Below are positions 39,902 to 50,513 of a stretch of 64,000 nt of DNA, in pieces. Below the pieces are notes generated by a model. It was given only the letters and a program-made list of their open reading frames with translations, was not told the DNA's origin and did no database searches. The translations under genes and the position numbers were made by a program. How positions within the stretch are numbered: the stretch's first letter is position 1; every line of letters starts with the position of its first letter. This stretch comes from an uncultured delta proteobacterium (GTDB lineage Bacteria; Desulfobacterota; Binatia; Binatales; Binataceae): contig CAVXXK010000006.1 in the NCBI GenBank assembly GCA_963765675.1, positions 224,001 through 288,000 on the forward strand, given 5' to 3'.

Positions 39902-40636
39902 ATGTTCGAAAAGTTCACCGTCATTCCCGCGATCGATCTGAAGGGCGGCGAAGTCGTGCGCCTGCTCCGCGGCGACATGGCGCGCGCGACCGTGTACGGC
40001 GCCGATCCGGCGGCGGTGGCGCGCAAGTTTGAGGAGCAGGGCGCCGAGCTGATTCATATCGTCGATCTCGACGGCGCCATCGCCGGAGCGCCCCGCAACC
40101 TGCCAGCGATCAAGCGAATCCGCGCGGCCGTGCGCTGCGCGATCGACGTGAGCGGAGGGCTCCGCACGATCGAAGCTATTCGCGCCGCGATCTCCTCGGG
40201 GGCCGACCGCGTGTCGATCGGCTCGGCGGCATTCCTCAACCCGGGCTTGATCCGCGATGCGTGCGCGGAGTTCCCCGGGCGCATCTTCGGCTCGCTTGAT
40301 ATCCGCGACGGCAAGCTCGCGATCAAAGGATGGGTCGAAACGAGCGAGCTTAGCGTCGAGCGCGCCTGCGCGATCTTCAGGGACGGCGGCGTCTCGGCGC
40401 TGACCGTCACCGATATCGCGCGCGATGGCGCGGAGACCGGCGTCGACGCGGCCAGGATGGCTGCGCTAGCCCGTCAGGCAGGACTACACATTATCGCGTC
40501 AGGTGGAGTCGCCTCCCTCGCGGACCTGCGAGGGCTGGCTGATCGCTTCGGCGACGGTGTAGTCGGAGCGATCGTCGGTCGAGCGCTCTACGAAGGACGC
40601 TTCGATCTGTCCGCCGCGCTCGCGATCGTTCGCTGA
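39902..40636 (+). CDS. hisA: ProFAR isomerase
   Basis: IPAIDLKGG, HIVDLDGA, SGGLRT, KGW, TDIARDG, ASGGV, GRALY. Confidence 0.95.
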   Translation: MFEKFTVIPAIDLKGGEVVRLLRGDMARATVYGADPAAVARKFEEQGAELIHIVDLDGAIAGAPRNLPAIKRIRAAVRCAIDVSGGLRTIEAIRAAISSGADRVSIGSAAFLNPGLIRDACAEFPGRIFGSLDIRDGKLAIKGWVETSELSVERACAIFRDGGVSALTVTDIARDGAETGVDAARMAALARQAGLHIIASGGVASLADLRGLADRFGDGVVGAIVGRALYEGRFDLSAALAIVR

Positions 40637-40841
40637 TCTCCTGCTTCAAACGACAGCCTCGGGCTTATGATCTCAACTCGAGACCGGTCCTGCAGGAAAC
40701 TCTAAAGTTTCATTCTATTCAGGTACTTAAGCTCGTTTCGCGCGTTTTGCGATTCCCTATTGATCGCCAATTCGACACACGAATAGGATTGTTTTAGCTA
40801 TCTATAAGACCTACAGAACTATAAAACACAAAAGTAAACTA

Positions 40842-40870
40842 TTGACATATCTCTGACGCTTCTAGAATAT
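40842..40870 (+). promoter_or_regulatory. Sigma70-like promoter in the AT-rich region upstream of flp
   Basis: TTGACA at 40842; TAGAAT/GAATAT 15-17 nt downstream. Confidence 0.45.
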
Positions 40871-41015
40871 ATTTACACATTCAAGCAGAGCGTAGCACCA
40901 GTAACACGTCGATTAGCTGTTTCAACTGACCGGAATGCTCAATTGATTTCGGTCATATGGCGTGGAGAATCCGACCCCTCGAAACGAAATCGTGAGTACC
41001 CGGAGGGCAACGTTA

Positions 41016-41186
41016 ATGGACTTCATTAGGAGCCTCTATGTTCGAATTTCTGAGAGATCCCGCGGGCAGACGGCGAGCGAATATGCCCTGATTGTGGCGG
41101 TTCTCTCGATCGTGGTCTACGGAAACCTCAAGTCGATAGGCACGACGGTGCATGGCTTGATCAGCAACGTGGTGGCGTTGCTTTAG
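41016..41186 (+). CDS. flp: Flp/Fap type IVb pilin
   Basis: RG-QTASEYALI prepilin motif (G-1, E+5, Y+6) plus hydrophobic helix; GGAGG RBS. Confidence 0.88.
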   Translation: MDFIRSLYVRISERSRGQTASEYALIVAVLSIVVYGNLKSIGTTVHGLISNVVALL

Positions 41187-41199
41187 GATTATCGCGGTA

Positions 41200-42208
41200 T
41201 CAAGGGTCAATCGGGCGCAGCTTGACGAAGGGGTTCGCGCACAACGGCGGCCTCTTTCCATCAAAAACCACAAGTATATTTTCGACCGCTAGCGCAGCCA
41301 TCCTTTGGCGCGCCGCATAGCTCGCACTTCCGATATGAGGAGTGATTACGACGTTGTCCAGTCGCAGCAGGGGATCGTCGCGGCGGATCGGCTCGGGATC
41401 CGTCACGTCGAGACCGGCACCAGCCAGATGGCCCGATTTTAGCGCGGACGCCAGCGCGCGCTGATCGACAATACCGCCGCGCGCGGTGTTGATCAGGATC
41501 GCGCCGCGCTTCATCCGCCGAAACTCCGGTGCGCCAATCAGATGGCGCGTAGCCGCGGTGAGCGGAACGTGAAGCGACACGAAGTCCGACTCTGCGAGCA
41601 GCCGATTCATCGTGACGCGCCTCGCGCCTCGCGTCCGTCTTCTCTCCGTGCGCGCGTGGGGATGGCGATCGTGTGACGTAGAGCACGCGCATCTGGAAGC
41701 CCGCCGCCCGCCGAGCTACCGCACGTCCGATAGCGCCCCATCCGACGATCCCGAGCGTCGCGCCAAAGACCTCCGGTCCGAGCAGTACGCGCGGTCCCCA
41801 CGTCTTCCACTTTCCCGCGCGAACCTGCCGGTCACCTTCGGCTATACGCCTCGCCGCCGCGAGCATCAGGGCGAAGGCCAGGTCCGCCGTCGCCTCGGTC
41901 AGGACGCCGGGAGTATGCCCGACCGCGACGCCCGCGCGCGTGGCGGCCTCGAGATCGATATTGTCCACTCCGACCGCAAGGTTGCTCACGACGCGCAGCC
42001 GCGGCGACGCGGCGAGGAGCGCGGCGTCGATTCGGTCGGTCACCATCGTGAGTGCTCCATCAGCCTCGCGAATCCGGCGGCGGAGCTCGCCGTAAGGCGG
42101 CGGCATCGGATGGGGCCACAAGTCAACGCGTGCGTTGCGCCGCAACTCGGCGAGCGCCTCCGGCGCGATCTCTCGGGTGACGAAAACCTTCGGGCGGCGG
42201 TGTTTCAT
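41200..42208 (-). pseudogene. D-glycerate/glyoxylate reductase family 2-hydroxyacid dehydrogenase, frameshifted near 41625
   Basis: [26 protein letters not shown] in one frame; SLHVP, INTARG, LDV, PEP, TPHIGS in the next; 7-bp tandem repeat at the junction. Confidence 0.85.
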
Positions 42209-42298
42209 TGAGATTTCAGTATGATTCCGGTTATCGCTGGAAGCGGCGAAACTGCGCACGGTTCAAAAGGCCGCGCAGCTTTGCTATACGCGACGGTT

Positions 42299-44459
42299 GT
42301 GAGTGACTCCACAGTATCGCAGATAATCGCGGACGCCTCGCGCGCGGGGCGCACCGCACTTTCGGAAATCGAAGCCAAGCGGTATAGTCGCCGCGCTCGG
42401 AATCAACGTCGCGATTCCGGTCGCCGCGGCCACCGCCGAGGAGGCCGCCGCGATCGCCGTGCGGCAGGGTTTTCCGGCCGTGCTCAAGGTGCTCTCGCCG
42501 GACGTGAGCCACAAGAGCGAGGTCGGTGGCGTCGAGTTGGGTTTGAATTCCGCCGACGAGGTGCGGGCAGCGTTTGCGCGGATCCAAAAGAATCTCGCCG
42601 CGAAGGCGCCCGGCGCGAAGTTCGAGGGCGTAGCGATCCAGCCGATGGCGGCCGCGGGAGGCGTCGAGCTGCTGGCCGGTATCGTCCGCGACGACCGCTA
42701 CGGTGCGACGATCATGGTCGGGCTAGGCGGAATCCTCGTAGAGGTCCTTAAAGACACCGCTATCAGGCTCGCTCCGGTCACCGAGCGCGAGGCGCGCGCG
42801 ATGCTCTCGGAATTGCGCAGCGCCGCCCTGCTCAAGGGAGTTCGCGGGCGGCCCGCGGCCGATATCGACGCAGTCGCCTCGATGCTGATTACACTGTCAG
42901 AGTTCGCGGCGGCGCATCCTGAAGTTCGCGAGATGGATCTGAATCCCGTCGTCGCGTACGAACATGGCGTGACCGTGCTCGACGCGCGCGTCCTGCTCGG
43001 CAAGCCGGCGCCAGCAGCGCTCGCCGATCCGCATCGCGCGGCGCGGCTCGAGAATCTCAAACGTGCGTTCAATCCGCGCTCGGTCGTCGTGATCGGCGAC
43101 AAGAAGGCCGGCGGCTACATGTGGCTGCGTGCGCTGGCGAACCTCAAAACCAAGCTTTATTCGGTTCAGATCGACCCGAACGAAATCGCGGGAATCGAAG
43201 CGATGGGGGTCGAGAATCACAAGAGCCTGGCCGAAATCAAGGAGCCGATCGACTACGCGGTAAGCGCCGTGCCGCGCCAGGTCGCGCCAAGAATCCTGCG
43301 CGATTGCGTCGCGAACAAGGTGGGTTCGATCGGATTTTTTACCTCGGGATTTTCCGAGACCAGCGAGGAGCTGGGAATCCGGCTCGAAGCCGAGCTGTGC
43401 GAAGTCGCGCTCGGCTCGGAAATCGCGCTGGTCGGCCCGAACTGCATGGGACTCGCGAATCCGTCGATCGGGATGCGCAATTACCCCGACGGCAAAGTGG
43501 GCGAGCCGGGCGACGTATGTTTCATCTCGCAGAGCGGCACACACACGATAAATTTTTGCGTGCAGGCGGCGGCGCACGGCGTCCGCGTCAACCTGGCGGC
43601 GTCTATCGGCAATGTGCTGGTCCTCGAGGCGGCTGACTATATCGACCTGATGGCCGCCGATCCGGCCACCAAGGTTATCGGGATGTATATCGAGGGCGTG
43701 CGCGACGGACGCCGCTTCTTCGAGAGCCTGCGCGCCGCGGCCGCGCGTCATCCTGTCGTGGTATGGAAGGGCGGCGCGACTGAGGCGGGTGCGCGCGCGA
43801 CGTTTTCGCATACCGGGTCGCTCGCGACGCCGCGGGCGCTGTGGAGTGCGCTGGTCCGGCAGGCGGGCGCGGTCGAAGTCGGCTCGCTCGACGCGATGCT
43901 CGACGCGGTCGAGCTGCTCTCGCGCGGGCGCAAGGTTGCGGGCCGTGCGATGGGACTGGTCGCGATGACGGGCGGGCAGTCGGTAGTAGTGACGGATACA
44001 TTCGCGGCAGCGGGGCTCGAGATTCCCGCGCTGTCGGATGCGTCGTACGACGAGCTGAAAACATTCTTCAACGTGATCGGCGGCAGTTACCGCAATCCGC
44101 TCGACGCGGGCGGAACGATCGGGTCGGGAGTGCATCCGGGCGGACTCGATCGAATCCTCGCGATTCTCGATCGCGATCCGGCGATTGATTCGATAGTGCT
44201 CGAGGTAGGAACTGGGTTCCGCGCGGCGAGGTGGGCAACGCATGAAGACGAAATCACGACGCTGCTCGACAAGCTCGGCGAGTTCGCGACGAAGTCGAAC
44301 AAGCCGTTCGCGCTGATACTGCATCCCGCGCATCTCGAGGCGCTCGTCGCGCGCGGCAAGGAACTCGCGCGCCAACGCGGCCTGGTAGTCTTCGACAGCT
44401 TCGAGCGCGCCGCGGCCGCCTTCGCCACCGCCTCAGCGTACTGGCAAGCGCATCGCTGA
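42299..44459 (+). pseudogene. NDP-forming acyl-CoA synthetase (ATP-grasp N-terminal, CoA-binding C-terminal), +1 frameshift near 42380
   Basis: ALSEIEAK then (after removing one C) GIVAALGI...HKSEVGGV; GPNCMG, SQSG, SHTGSLA catalytic His; may be an assembly error. Confidence 0.85.
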
Positions 44460-44510
44460 TCGCTAACCGACGCGTAATTCGTGTTCCACTGTTGCAGGCG
44501 TTTCGACGGC

Positions 44511-44606
44511 GGGCGCGTCGCGACGCGCCCCTACGAAATCGAGAATGCGTTCTCTGGATAGGAATCGAATTCGCTTTCGTAGGGGGCGGCTCGCGAGCCT
44601 CCCGTC
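44511..44606. repeat. GTAG-class REP doublet (REPIN-like)
   Basis: gggcgcgtcgcgacgcgccc-ctac-gaaa and tttc-gtag-ggggcggctcgcgagcctccc in inverted orientation between convergent genes. Confidence 0.78.
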
Positions 44607-44714
44607 TTTCGCGCTGTCTGCGCCACTATAGAGTGAATCGACTCGGCGGCCGAGCCGCGCGAATGCTCGCGCTCTGGCGAGGTTCCAGCCTCGACCGGAA
44701 TAGCCGGCGCCGCG

Positions 44715-46094
44715 CTACGCGGGCGGCACGACGACTGTAAGGGCGGCGTGAGTCGCGTCGCCGTCGACGATTGCGAGCCATTTCCCTTTCGGCGACCAAC
44801 TGATCTCGGCGACGCCGCGTGCCTGGCCGTATGCGATTTGAAACGCGTTCTGCGCGTGGGTCGTATAGGTGATGATCTTGCGCAGCGCGAGCGGACTCGC
44901 GGGCTGGAAAGTCTGGATCGCCGCGTGATCGATCGCCGTCGAATAGTCCATCGTGCTCGACGCGAGCATCGGCGCCACCGTATTGAATCCGAGCTGCTTG
45001 ATATTTATTTGCGGCTCGTCCGGGTCAAAGATCGCGAGCTCCGCCTCGACCGGGTTTAACGGATGGGTCTCGACCATCGTGAAAGTAAGTTTCTGATTGC
45101 CCAACGCCAGCACCGCGCCGCCCGCGGTGTATCCGGCCGCGCCGCTCGATACGGCGATGGTTTTGTCCTGCCCGTTTTTGATGAAGTGCTCGAACACTCC
45201 CGCACTATTGCTCGCTGGAATCGGCTGCACGTACAGAAACGAGCTTTCGTCCACCGGATTCCATCCGAGCACCCGCACCGGAGCATTCGCACGCAGGCGC
45301 GTGCACGTCGAATGGCGCCGATCGATTAGCGCGGGTGGGACGCCGTCGCCCCCTGCGCTGACCGCATAGATTCCGAGCGGACTCCAGCTGAGCGCGCCGA
45401 GTGTGCAGGGAAGCTTCATCGGTGCGACGGAAGCCGGGCCCGTCACCACCAGGATTTGCAGCCCCTCTGACGCCTTCGGCGTCGGCAGCGGCGGCAATCC
45501 GGCGTCGTCAGGATTGGGAGGCGGAGGAGCGGGCTGGTTGGCGCCAGGCCGCAGCACGATCGCGATCGAATCGCTGTTGAGCCAACTGAGGCTCGCGAGA
45601 TCGTAAACTCCGTCGAAGCTGGCGACTGGATGGCCGGGTCCGCTCGCAATCAGATCGCGAATCACTATATCGAGGCGGTTCTGTCCGGCCACGGCGACCG
45701 CAAAAGCCAGCGACATTCCATTCGGGCTTGGCGCGAAATCCATCAGCCGGCCCGGCTCAGCCGAACCTTCGCCAGTCTCGGCGCCCAGCACGCGCGAAGT
45801 CTTCCAGTCAGGACCGCCGAATCCGAGAATCATGACGTTGCCGTTCAACGTACCGACAGTGGCAATCTCGTTGCCGTTCTCAAGCCATATCGGCGGATAT
45901 CCCGCCATCGGCGCAAATCCTTGCGGCAGATCAACCTTGGCCACCACGTGGATGCCGGGGGTGATGTCGAGGGTTGCCGTGGTATCCGTCTGGGGGACCA
46001 GTTGTTTCTTGGGCGCCTCCTTGGTGAAGAGCGAGCATCCGCTCGCGGACAGGAGCGCGGTGCAGATCAGGAGGATTAGGAAGGACCTGTTCAT
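44715..46094 (-). CDS. Lipoprotein with TolB/WD40-like beta-propeller repeats
   Basis: Lipobox ASGC; PSPNG, LSWSPLG, ISWSPKG repeats. Confidence 0.75.
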   Translation of the reverse strand: MNRSFLILLICTALLSASGCSLFTKEAPKKQLVPQTDTTATLDITPGIHVVAKVDLPQGFAPMAGYPPIWLENGNEIATVGTLNGNVMILGFGGPDWKTSRVLGAETGEGSAEPGRLMDFAPSPNGMSLAFAVAVAGQNRLDIVIRDLIASGPGHPVASFDGVYDLASLSWLNSDSIAIVLRPGANQPAPPPPNPDDAGLPPLPTPKASEGLQILVVTGPASVAPMKLPCTLGALSWSPLGIYAVSAGGDGVPPALIDRRHSTCTRLRANAPVRVLGWNPVDESSFLYVQPIPASNSAGVFEHFIKNGQDKTIAVSSGAAGYTAGGAVLALGNQKLTFTMVETHPLNPVEAELAIFDPDEPQINIKQLGFNTVAPMLASSTMDYSTAIDHAAIQTFQPASPLALRKIITYTTHAQNAFQIAYGQARGVAEISWSPKGKWLAIVDGDATHAALTVVVPPA

Positions 46095-46148
46095 TGAAAA
46101 ACGGTAGTCTAGATTGCGCGGTGCCAAAAGGCGACCGTATAGGCACTC

Positions 46149-47972
46149 ATGAAAAAATCTTTCCTGAAAAACTTGTGGATAAGCCGCGAGCTCCGGATCG
46201 CAGTCGTGGTCGCAATCCTGTGCGTTGCCGGAGCCTTCGCATGCGCGGTCGGCGACTGGAAAATCGGCGTGACGTTGATCGTTGCGGCGGGCGCGGTCGT
46301 GGTGGCGTTCTGGTTGATTGTCGTGCGGCCGGCAAAGCTGCCGCGCGACGCGGTCGTGATCCTCGAGCTCGGCGGCGCGATTCGCGAAGACTCGCGCCGC
46401 TCGCTGCGTCAGCAACTTATCGGCGGCGGCGCGCTGAGCCTGCGTCATCTGCGCTATGGGCTCGAAGCGCTCGCAACCGATACGTCGGTGCGCGCGGTTA
46501 TCGTTCATATAACGGCAACCGAAACCGGACTAGCCACCGCGCACGAACTGCATCGCCTGATTCGGGCGGTCAGCAAAAGCGGCAAGCGGGTCGTTGCGCT
46601 TCTGACCGGAGACTCGCCCTCGGTCCGCGACTACCTGATCGCGGCGGGCGCGAACGAGATCGTCGCGAATCCGGACGTGATGCTCACGATGCTGGGCGTG
46701 GCGATGGGCAATCCTTTCGTGAAGGGCGCGCTCGACAAGGCGGGGGTGCGCGCGCAAACGTTGCAATGGAAGGAGTACAAGGGCGCGGGCGAGATGTTCA
46801 CGCGCGATGCGATGTCGCCCGAGGTGCGCGAAAGCCTGGACGCGATTATCGGCGACTGGATGCAAATCATCGCGAGCGCGATTTCGGACTCGCGCCGAAT
46901 TCCGATCGATCGCGCGCGCGAGCTGGTGAGCTCTGGATTTATCGGAATGAAAGCGGCGCGCGCGGTGGGGCTGGTCGATGGTGACGGCTATATCGAAGAT
47001 CTGCGCGCGGGTTTCGATCCCGACGGCAAGCAAAAATGCTTCGTCAAATTCTCGCGCTATCTGCGCCATGCCACCTATGTGCGCGAGCGCGGTAGTCGGC
47101 CGCAAATCGCGCTTATCGTCGGTGCGGGCCCCGTGATTTCCGGACAAGCGCGGCCGGGCGGCGAGTACATCTCGGGTGAAACGACCTCGGAGCTGTTCGA
47201 GAAAGCCTCGCGCGAGGAATCGGTGCGCGCGATCGTGTTCCGCGTCAACTCTCCCGGCGGATCCGCGGTCGGCTCCGACATGGTGTGGCGCGCGGTGCGC
47301 GAGGCGCAGGGGCGCGGCAAGCCTGTGATCGTGTCGATGGGCGATGTGGCAGGGTCGGGCGGCTACTACGTTGCGATGGGGGCGGACGCGATCGTGGCAG
47401 AGCCGGCGGCGATTACCGGCTCGATCGGAGTGGTGTTTGCGAAATTCGATCTGTCGGCGATGCTCGCGCGACTCGGCGTCCGGTTCGATTATGCCAAGAG
47501 CGACGCGCGCAGCGACGCGATGTCGTTTGCGCGTCCGATGAGCGACGACGAGCTTGGGCAGATCAACACGGCGATCGGAGAAGTGTACGGCAACTTCACC
47601 GGCAAAGTGGCCGAGGGCCGCCGCCTGGACGCCGAACAGGCCGAGACGCTGGCCAAGGGTCGCGTGTGGAGCGGAGTCGCCGCCAAGGAGCGCGGTCTGG
47701 TTGATGAACTGGGTGGGATGGCGCGAGCGATCGAGATCGCGCGCGAGCGCGCGCATATCCCGAAGGATCAGGCGCATCAGGTCGTCAAGTACGCGCCCAG
47801 CGAAGGGTTCTTGTCGCTCTGGGGGTACTTCATGCCGGCCGCGGCATCCTCGTGGAGCATCGATCTAATCGCAAACGCCGTCGGAGTTCCGGCCAGATGG
47901 GCTCCCGCGATGGCGACGCTCCTAATCCGCGGCGGCGCGCTTTTGATCTGCCCATGGCTCGAGCGACTGTGA
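46149..47972 (+). CDS. sppA: Signal peptide peptidase (protease IV)
   Basis: EYKGAGE, RVNSPGGS, SMGDVAGSGGYY, TGSIGV, GRVWSG. Confidence 0.92.
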   Translation: MKKSFLKNLWISRELRIAVVVAILCVAGAFACAVGDWKIGVTLIVAAGAVVVAFWLIVVRPAKLPRDAVVILELGGAIREDSRRSLRQQLIGGGALSLRHLRYGLEALATDTSVRAVIVHITATETGLATAHELHRLIRAVSKSGKRVVALLTGDSPSVRDYLIAAGANEIVANPDVMLTMLGVAMGNPFVKGALDKAGVRAQTLQWKEYKGAGEMFTRDAMSPEVRESLDAIIGDWMQIIASAISDSRRIPIDRARELVSSGFIGMKAARAVGLVDGDGYIEDLRAGFDPDGKQKCFVKFSRYLRHATYVRERGSRPQIALIVGAGPVISGQARPGGEYISGETTSELFEKASREESVRAIVFRVNSPGGSAVGSDMVWRAVREAQGRGKPVIVSMGDVAGSGGYYVAMGADAIVAEPAAITGSIGVVFAKFDLSAMLARLGVRFDYAKSDARSDAMSFARPMSDDELGQINTAIGEVYGNFTGKVAEGRRLDAEQAETLAKGRVWSGVAAKERGLVDELGGMARAIEIARERAHIPKDQAHQVVKYAPSEGFLSLWGYFMPAAASSWSIDLIANAVGVPARWAPAMATLLIRGGALLICPWLERL

Positions 47973-48023
47973 TCTCTCGCCGAAGCAACGGATCAGACAG
48001 CAGGTAAGGCCGCCCTGCTGCGA

Positions 48024-48887
48024 TTAGTTGACCGTCGCTGATGCGGTGGCTTCTTCCTGCAGCATGGCGGCGTGACGGCGCTCGGCTTCGGGCCGGGTTT
48101 CGGCGAGCGTGCGGAGCATCGCGGCGTGAATCTTCCCGTTCGACGCCACAATGTTCGCGCCGCTGATATCGAGCGTCGAGCCGTCCATGTTCGCTACGCT
48201 GCCGCCCGCTTCCTCGATCAAGAGCGCGCCCGCGGCAACGTCCCAGGCCTTGAGGCCGAACTCCCAAAAGCCGTCCGTGCGTCCGCTTGCGACGTTGGCC
48301 AGATCGAGCGCGGCCGCGCCCGTGCGCCGCACGCCGTGCGAACACATCATGAATGCTTCCCAGAACGCGAGGTAGAAACGGCGGCGCTCGCGGCGGTCGT
48401 ACGGAAAGCCGGTCGCGAGCAGCGCAGAGCCGATGACGGGAGTCGCACTCACCTTGATTGGTTTGCCGTTTAGTTTCGCGCCGCGTCCGCGCTGCGCGGT
48501 GAAACATTCCTTGTGCAGCGCGTCGTAGATGACGCCGAAGCGGGTCTCTCCGCGGCGTTGGTATGCTATCGACACGCAGAACTGCGGGAACGCGTGCGCA
48601 AAGTTGGTGGTGCCGTCGAGCGGATCGATGATCCATCGATGGTCGCTCTGATGCGCGCTGGCGCCACTTTCCTCGGCCAGGATCGCGTGAGTAGGAAATG
48701 CGCGGTGGATCAGCTCGATCACCGCCGTTTCGGATTCACGGTCGGCTTCGGTGACGAGGTCGATCGAGTTGGATTTGCGGTCGATCGTGATGCGCGAAAG
48801 GCGCTTTAGATGAATCTTTCCGGCGGCGCGCGCCGCGCGTATCGCGACTTGCTCGATTTCGGTTGGCACGGACTGAAGATAGTTCAC
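48024..48887 (-). CDS. suhB: Inositol monophosphatase family protein
   Basis: DLVTEAD, AEE, WIIDPLDGTTNF, TGFPY, WDVAAG. Confidence 0.9.
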   Translation of the reverse strand: MNYLQSVPTEIEQVAIRAARAAGKIHLKRLSRITIDRKSNSIDLVTEADRESETAVIELIHRAFPTHAILAEESGASAHQSDHRWIIDPLDGTTNFAHAFPQFCVSIAYQRRGETRFGVIYDALHKECFTAQRGRGAKLNGKPIKVSATPVIGSALLATGFPYDRRERRRFYLAFWEAFMMCSHGVRRTGAAALDLANVASGRTDGFWEFGLKAWDVAAGALLIEEAGGSVANMDGSTLDISGANIVASNGKIHAAMLRTLAETRPEAERRHAAMLQEEATASATVN

Positions 48888-48948
48888 CGCGCGCGAACAT
48901 CAAAACGCGCGTCGCTGATCAATCGACAGAGACATTTTTATGATGCGC

Positions 48949-50322
48949 TTATGATGCGGCCGCGTTCGATTCGGTCTGCGCGGTCATCAGGTGTTGCGCG
49001 TACGGCATGATGGTCGCGAACAGATCGACCTGGGAATCGAGCGTCTTTCCCAGCCCTGACAGCAATCCCATCACGCGGTTCACCAGCAGCACGTCGCCGG
49101 GAACCTCGACGATCGGATTGGCGCGTAGCGCGCGCGGTAGCTCGTCGTTGAATTTCTCGATCAGCTCCTTGTCCGCGTATGCCTTATTACGCGTGACCGT
49201 CTGTCCGAGAAACAGATCAGCGACCGTCAGGAGCGTATCGGGCGAACCGTCGCGGGTACGAAAGCCGAGTTCTGTAAACGCGCGGATCGTCGCCGCGCGA
49301 TCCGAGGTGAGAATCGCGAAGGTCAGGCGGACCATCCCGTCGCGGAACACAGGCGGAAAATCCTTGGCGAGTCCGAAATCGAGATACACCAGGCGCGGAC
49401 CGGGCTGGACCAGGATATTTCCCGGATGCGGGTCGGCGTGGAAAAATCCGTCGCGCAGGATCATCGCGCAGAACTGATCCATCAGCTTCTGCGCAACCGC
49501 GCGCTTGTCGATTCCCGCGCGCTCGAGCGCGGCGACGTCGGTGATCTTGATCCCCTCGATCAGCTCCATCGTCAGCACGCGGCGCGCGCTGAACTCGCGA
49601 TAGATCTCGGGCACGCCGACGGCGGGATCGCCGGCAAAGTTGCGCCGGATCGTGTCGGCGTTGTCGGCCTCGTGCACGAAGTCGAGCTCCATCGGAATGT
49701 ACTTGAGGCCCTCGCGCGCGACCACGCGCAGATCGAAATCGCGCTCGAGCCACGCGAGCCATTTGAGGACCAGCAGCAAGTTGCGCAGATCGGCGCGGAC
49801 GATTCCCTCGATTCCGGGATACTGCACCTTGACCGCGCATCGACGTCCGTCGTGCAGGCGCGCGGCATGCACCTGCGCAAGCGAGGCCGACGCGATCGGC
49901 ACCGGATCGAACTCGGCATACGCGGATTCGAGCGGGCGGCCGAGCTCGCGCTCGATCTGCTCGCGGATCATCGGAAATGGACGCGGCGGCACGTGATCAT
50001 GCAGCCCGGCCAGAGTCGAAACCCATTCGTCAGGCAGGACATCGGCGCGAGTGGCGATAAATTGCGAGGCCTTGATCAGCAGCCCCTCGAGCCGAATCGC
50101 GGTTGCGTACATCGCACGTGCGGCGCGCAAATCCTGGCGGCGATAGAGCGCGGCCTTGTTGCGCGCCGAAACGAATCGGGTCCAGAGCTGCACCGATTTG
50201 TAGCCGACGTAAACCCGGGCCGCGAGCGAGACGACGTTTAGGAAGCGCCAGGCCCGCGTCGCGAGGCCGGGCGCGGGCAGGTTTGGCGGAAATTCGATCC
50301 GGTCGATGCTGCTGGAGGTCAT
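48949..50322 (-). CDS. ABC1/AarF/UbiB family atypical kinase
   Basis: IKASQ, ASASLAQVH, AVKVQYP, ELDF, FHADPHPGN, LDFG. Confidence 0.93.
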   Translation of the reverse strand: MTSSSIDRIEFPPNLPAPGLATRAWRFLNVVSLAARVYVGYKSVQLWTRFVSARNKAALYRRQDLRAARAMYATAIRLEGLLIKASQFIATRADVLPDEWVSTLAGLHDHVPPRPFPMIREQIERELGRPLESAYAEFDPVPIASASLAQVHAARLHDGRRCAVKVQYPGIEGIVRADLRNLLLVLKWLAWLERDFDLRVVAREGLKYIPMELDFVHEADNADTIRRNFAGDPAVGVPEIYREFSARRVLTMELIEGIKITDVAALERAGIDKRAVAQKLMDQFCAMILRDGFFHADPHPGNILVQPGPRLVYLDFGLAKDFPPVFRDGMVRLTFAILTSDRAATIRAFTELGFRTRDGSPDTLLTVADLFLGQTVTRNKAYADKELIEKFNDELPRALRANPIVEVPGDVLLVNRVMGLLSGLGKTLDSQVDLFATIMPYAQHLMTAQTESNAAAS

Positions 50323-50417
50323 GAATTGAGCGGATGCGGACGCGGTAACCGTTACTACTTTAGATGAAGAACCGCGGTCATAGAACCATTTGATACGGCA
50401 ATGAAATCGGCGTCGGA

Positions 50418-50446
50418 TTGACCGCGGTCGAACCACGCGATAGTAT
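50418..50446 (+). promoter_or_regulatory. Sigma70 promoter TTGACC-N17-TAGTAT
   Basis: Exact 17-bp spacing; predicted start site coincides with ATG 50454. Confidence 0.7.
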
Positions 50447-50453
50447 GCGCCTC

Positions 50454-50513
50454 ATGAAGCCAAGTAACGCAGTTCGCCTGGTCCCCAATTCAGGTCGTGT
50501 CCTCATGAATTGA
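50454..50513 (+). CDS. Putative leaderless leader peptide MKPSNAVRLVPNSGRVLMN
   Basis: 19 codons starting at the predicted TSS, followed by an intrinsic terminator. Confidence 0.45.
   Translation: MKPSNAVRLVPNSGRVLMN

Noticed and set aside
40870-41015. c-di-GMP riboswitch upstream of flp
   Set aside because: The class I GGCAAA/GAAA/GCAAAGC and class II motifs could not be located
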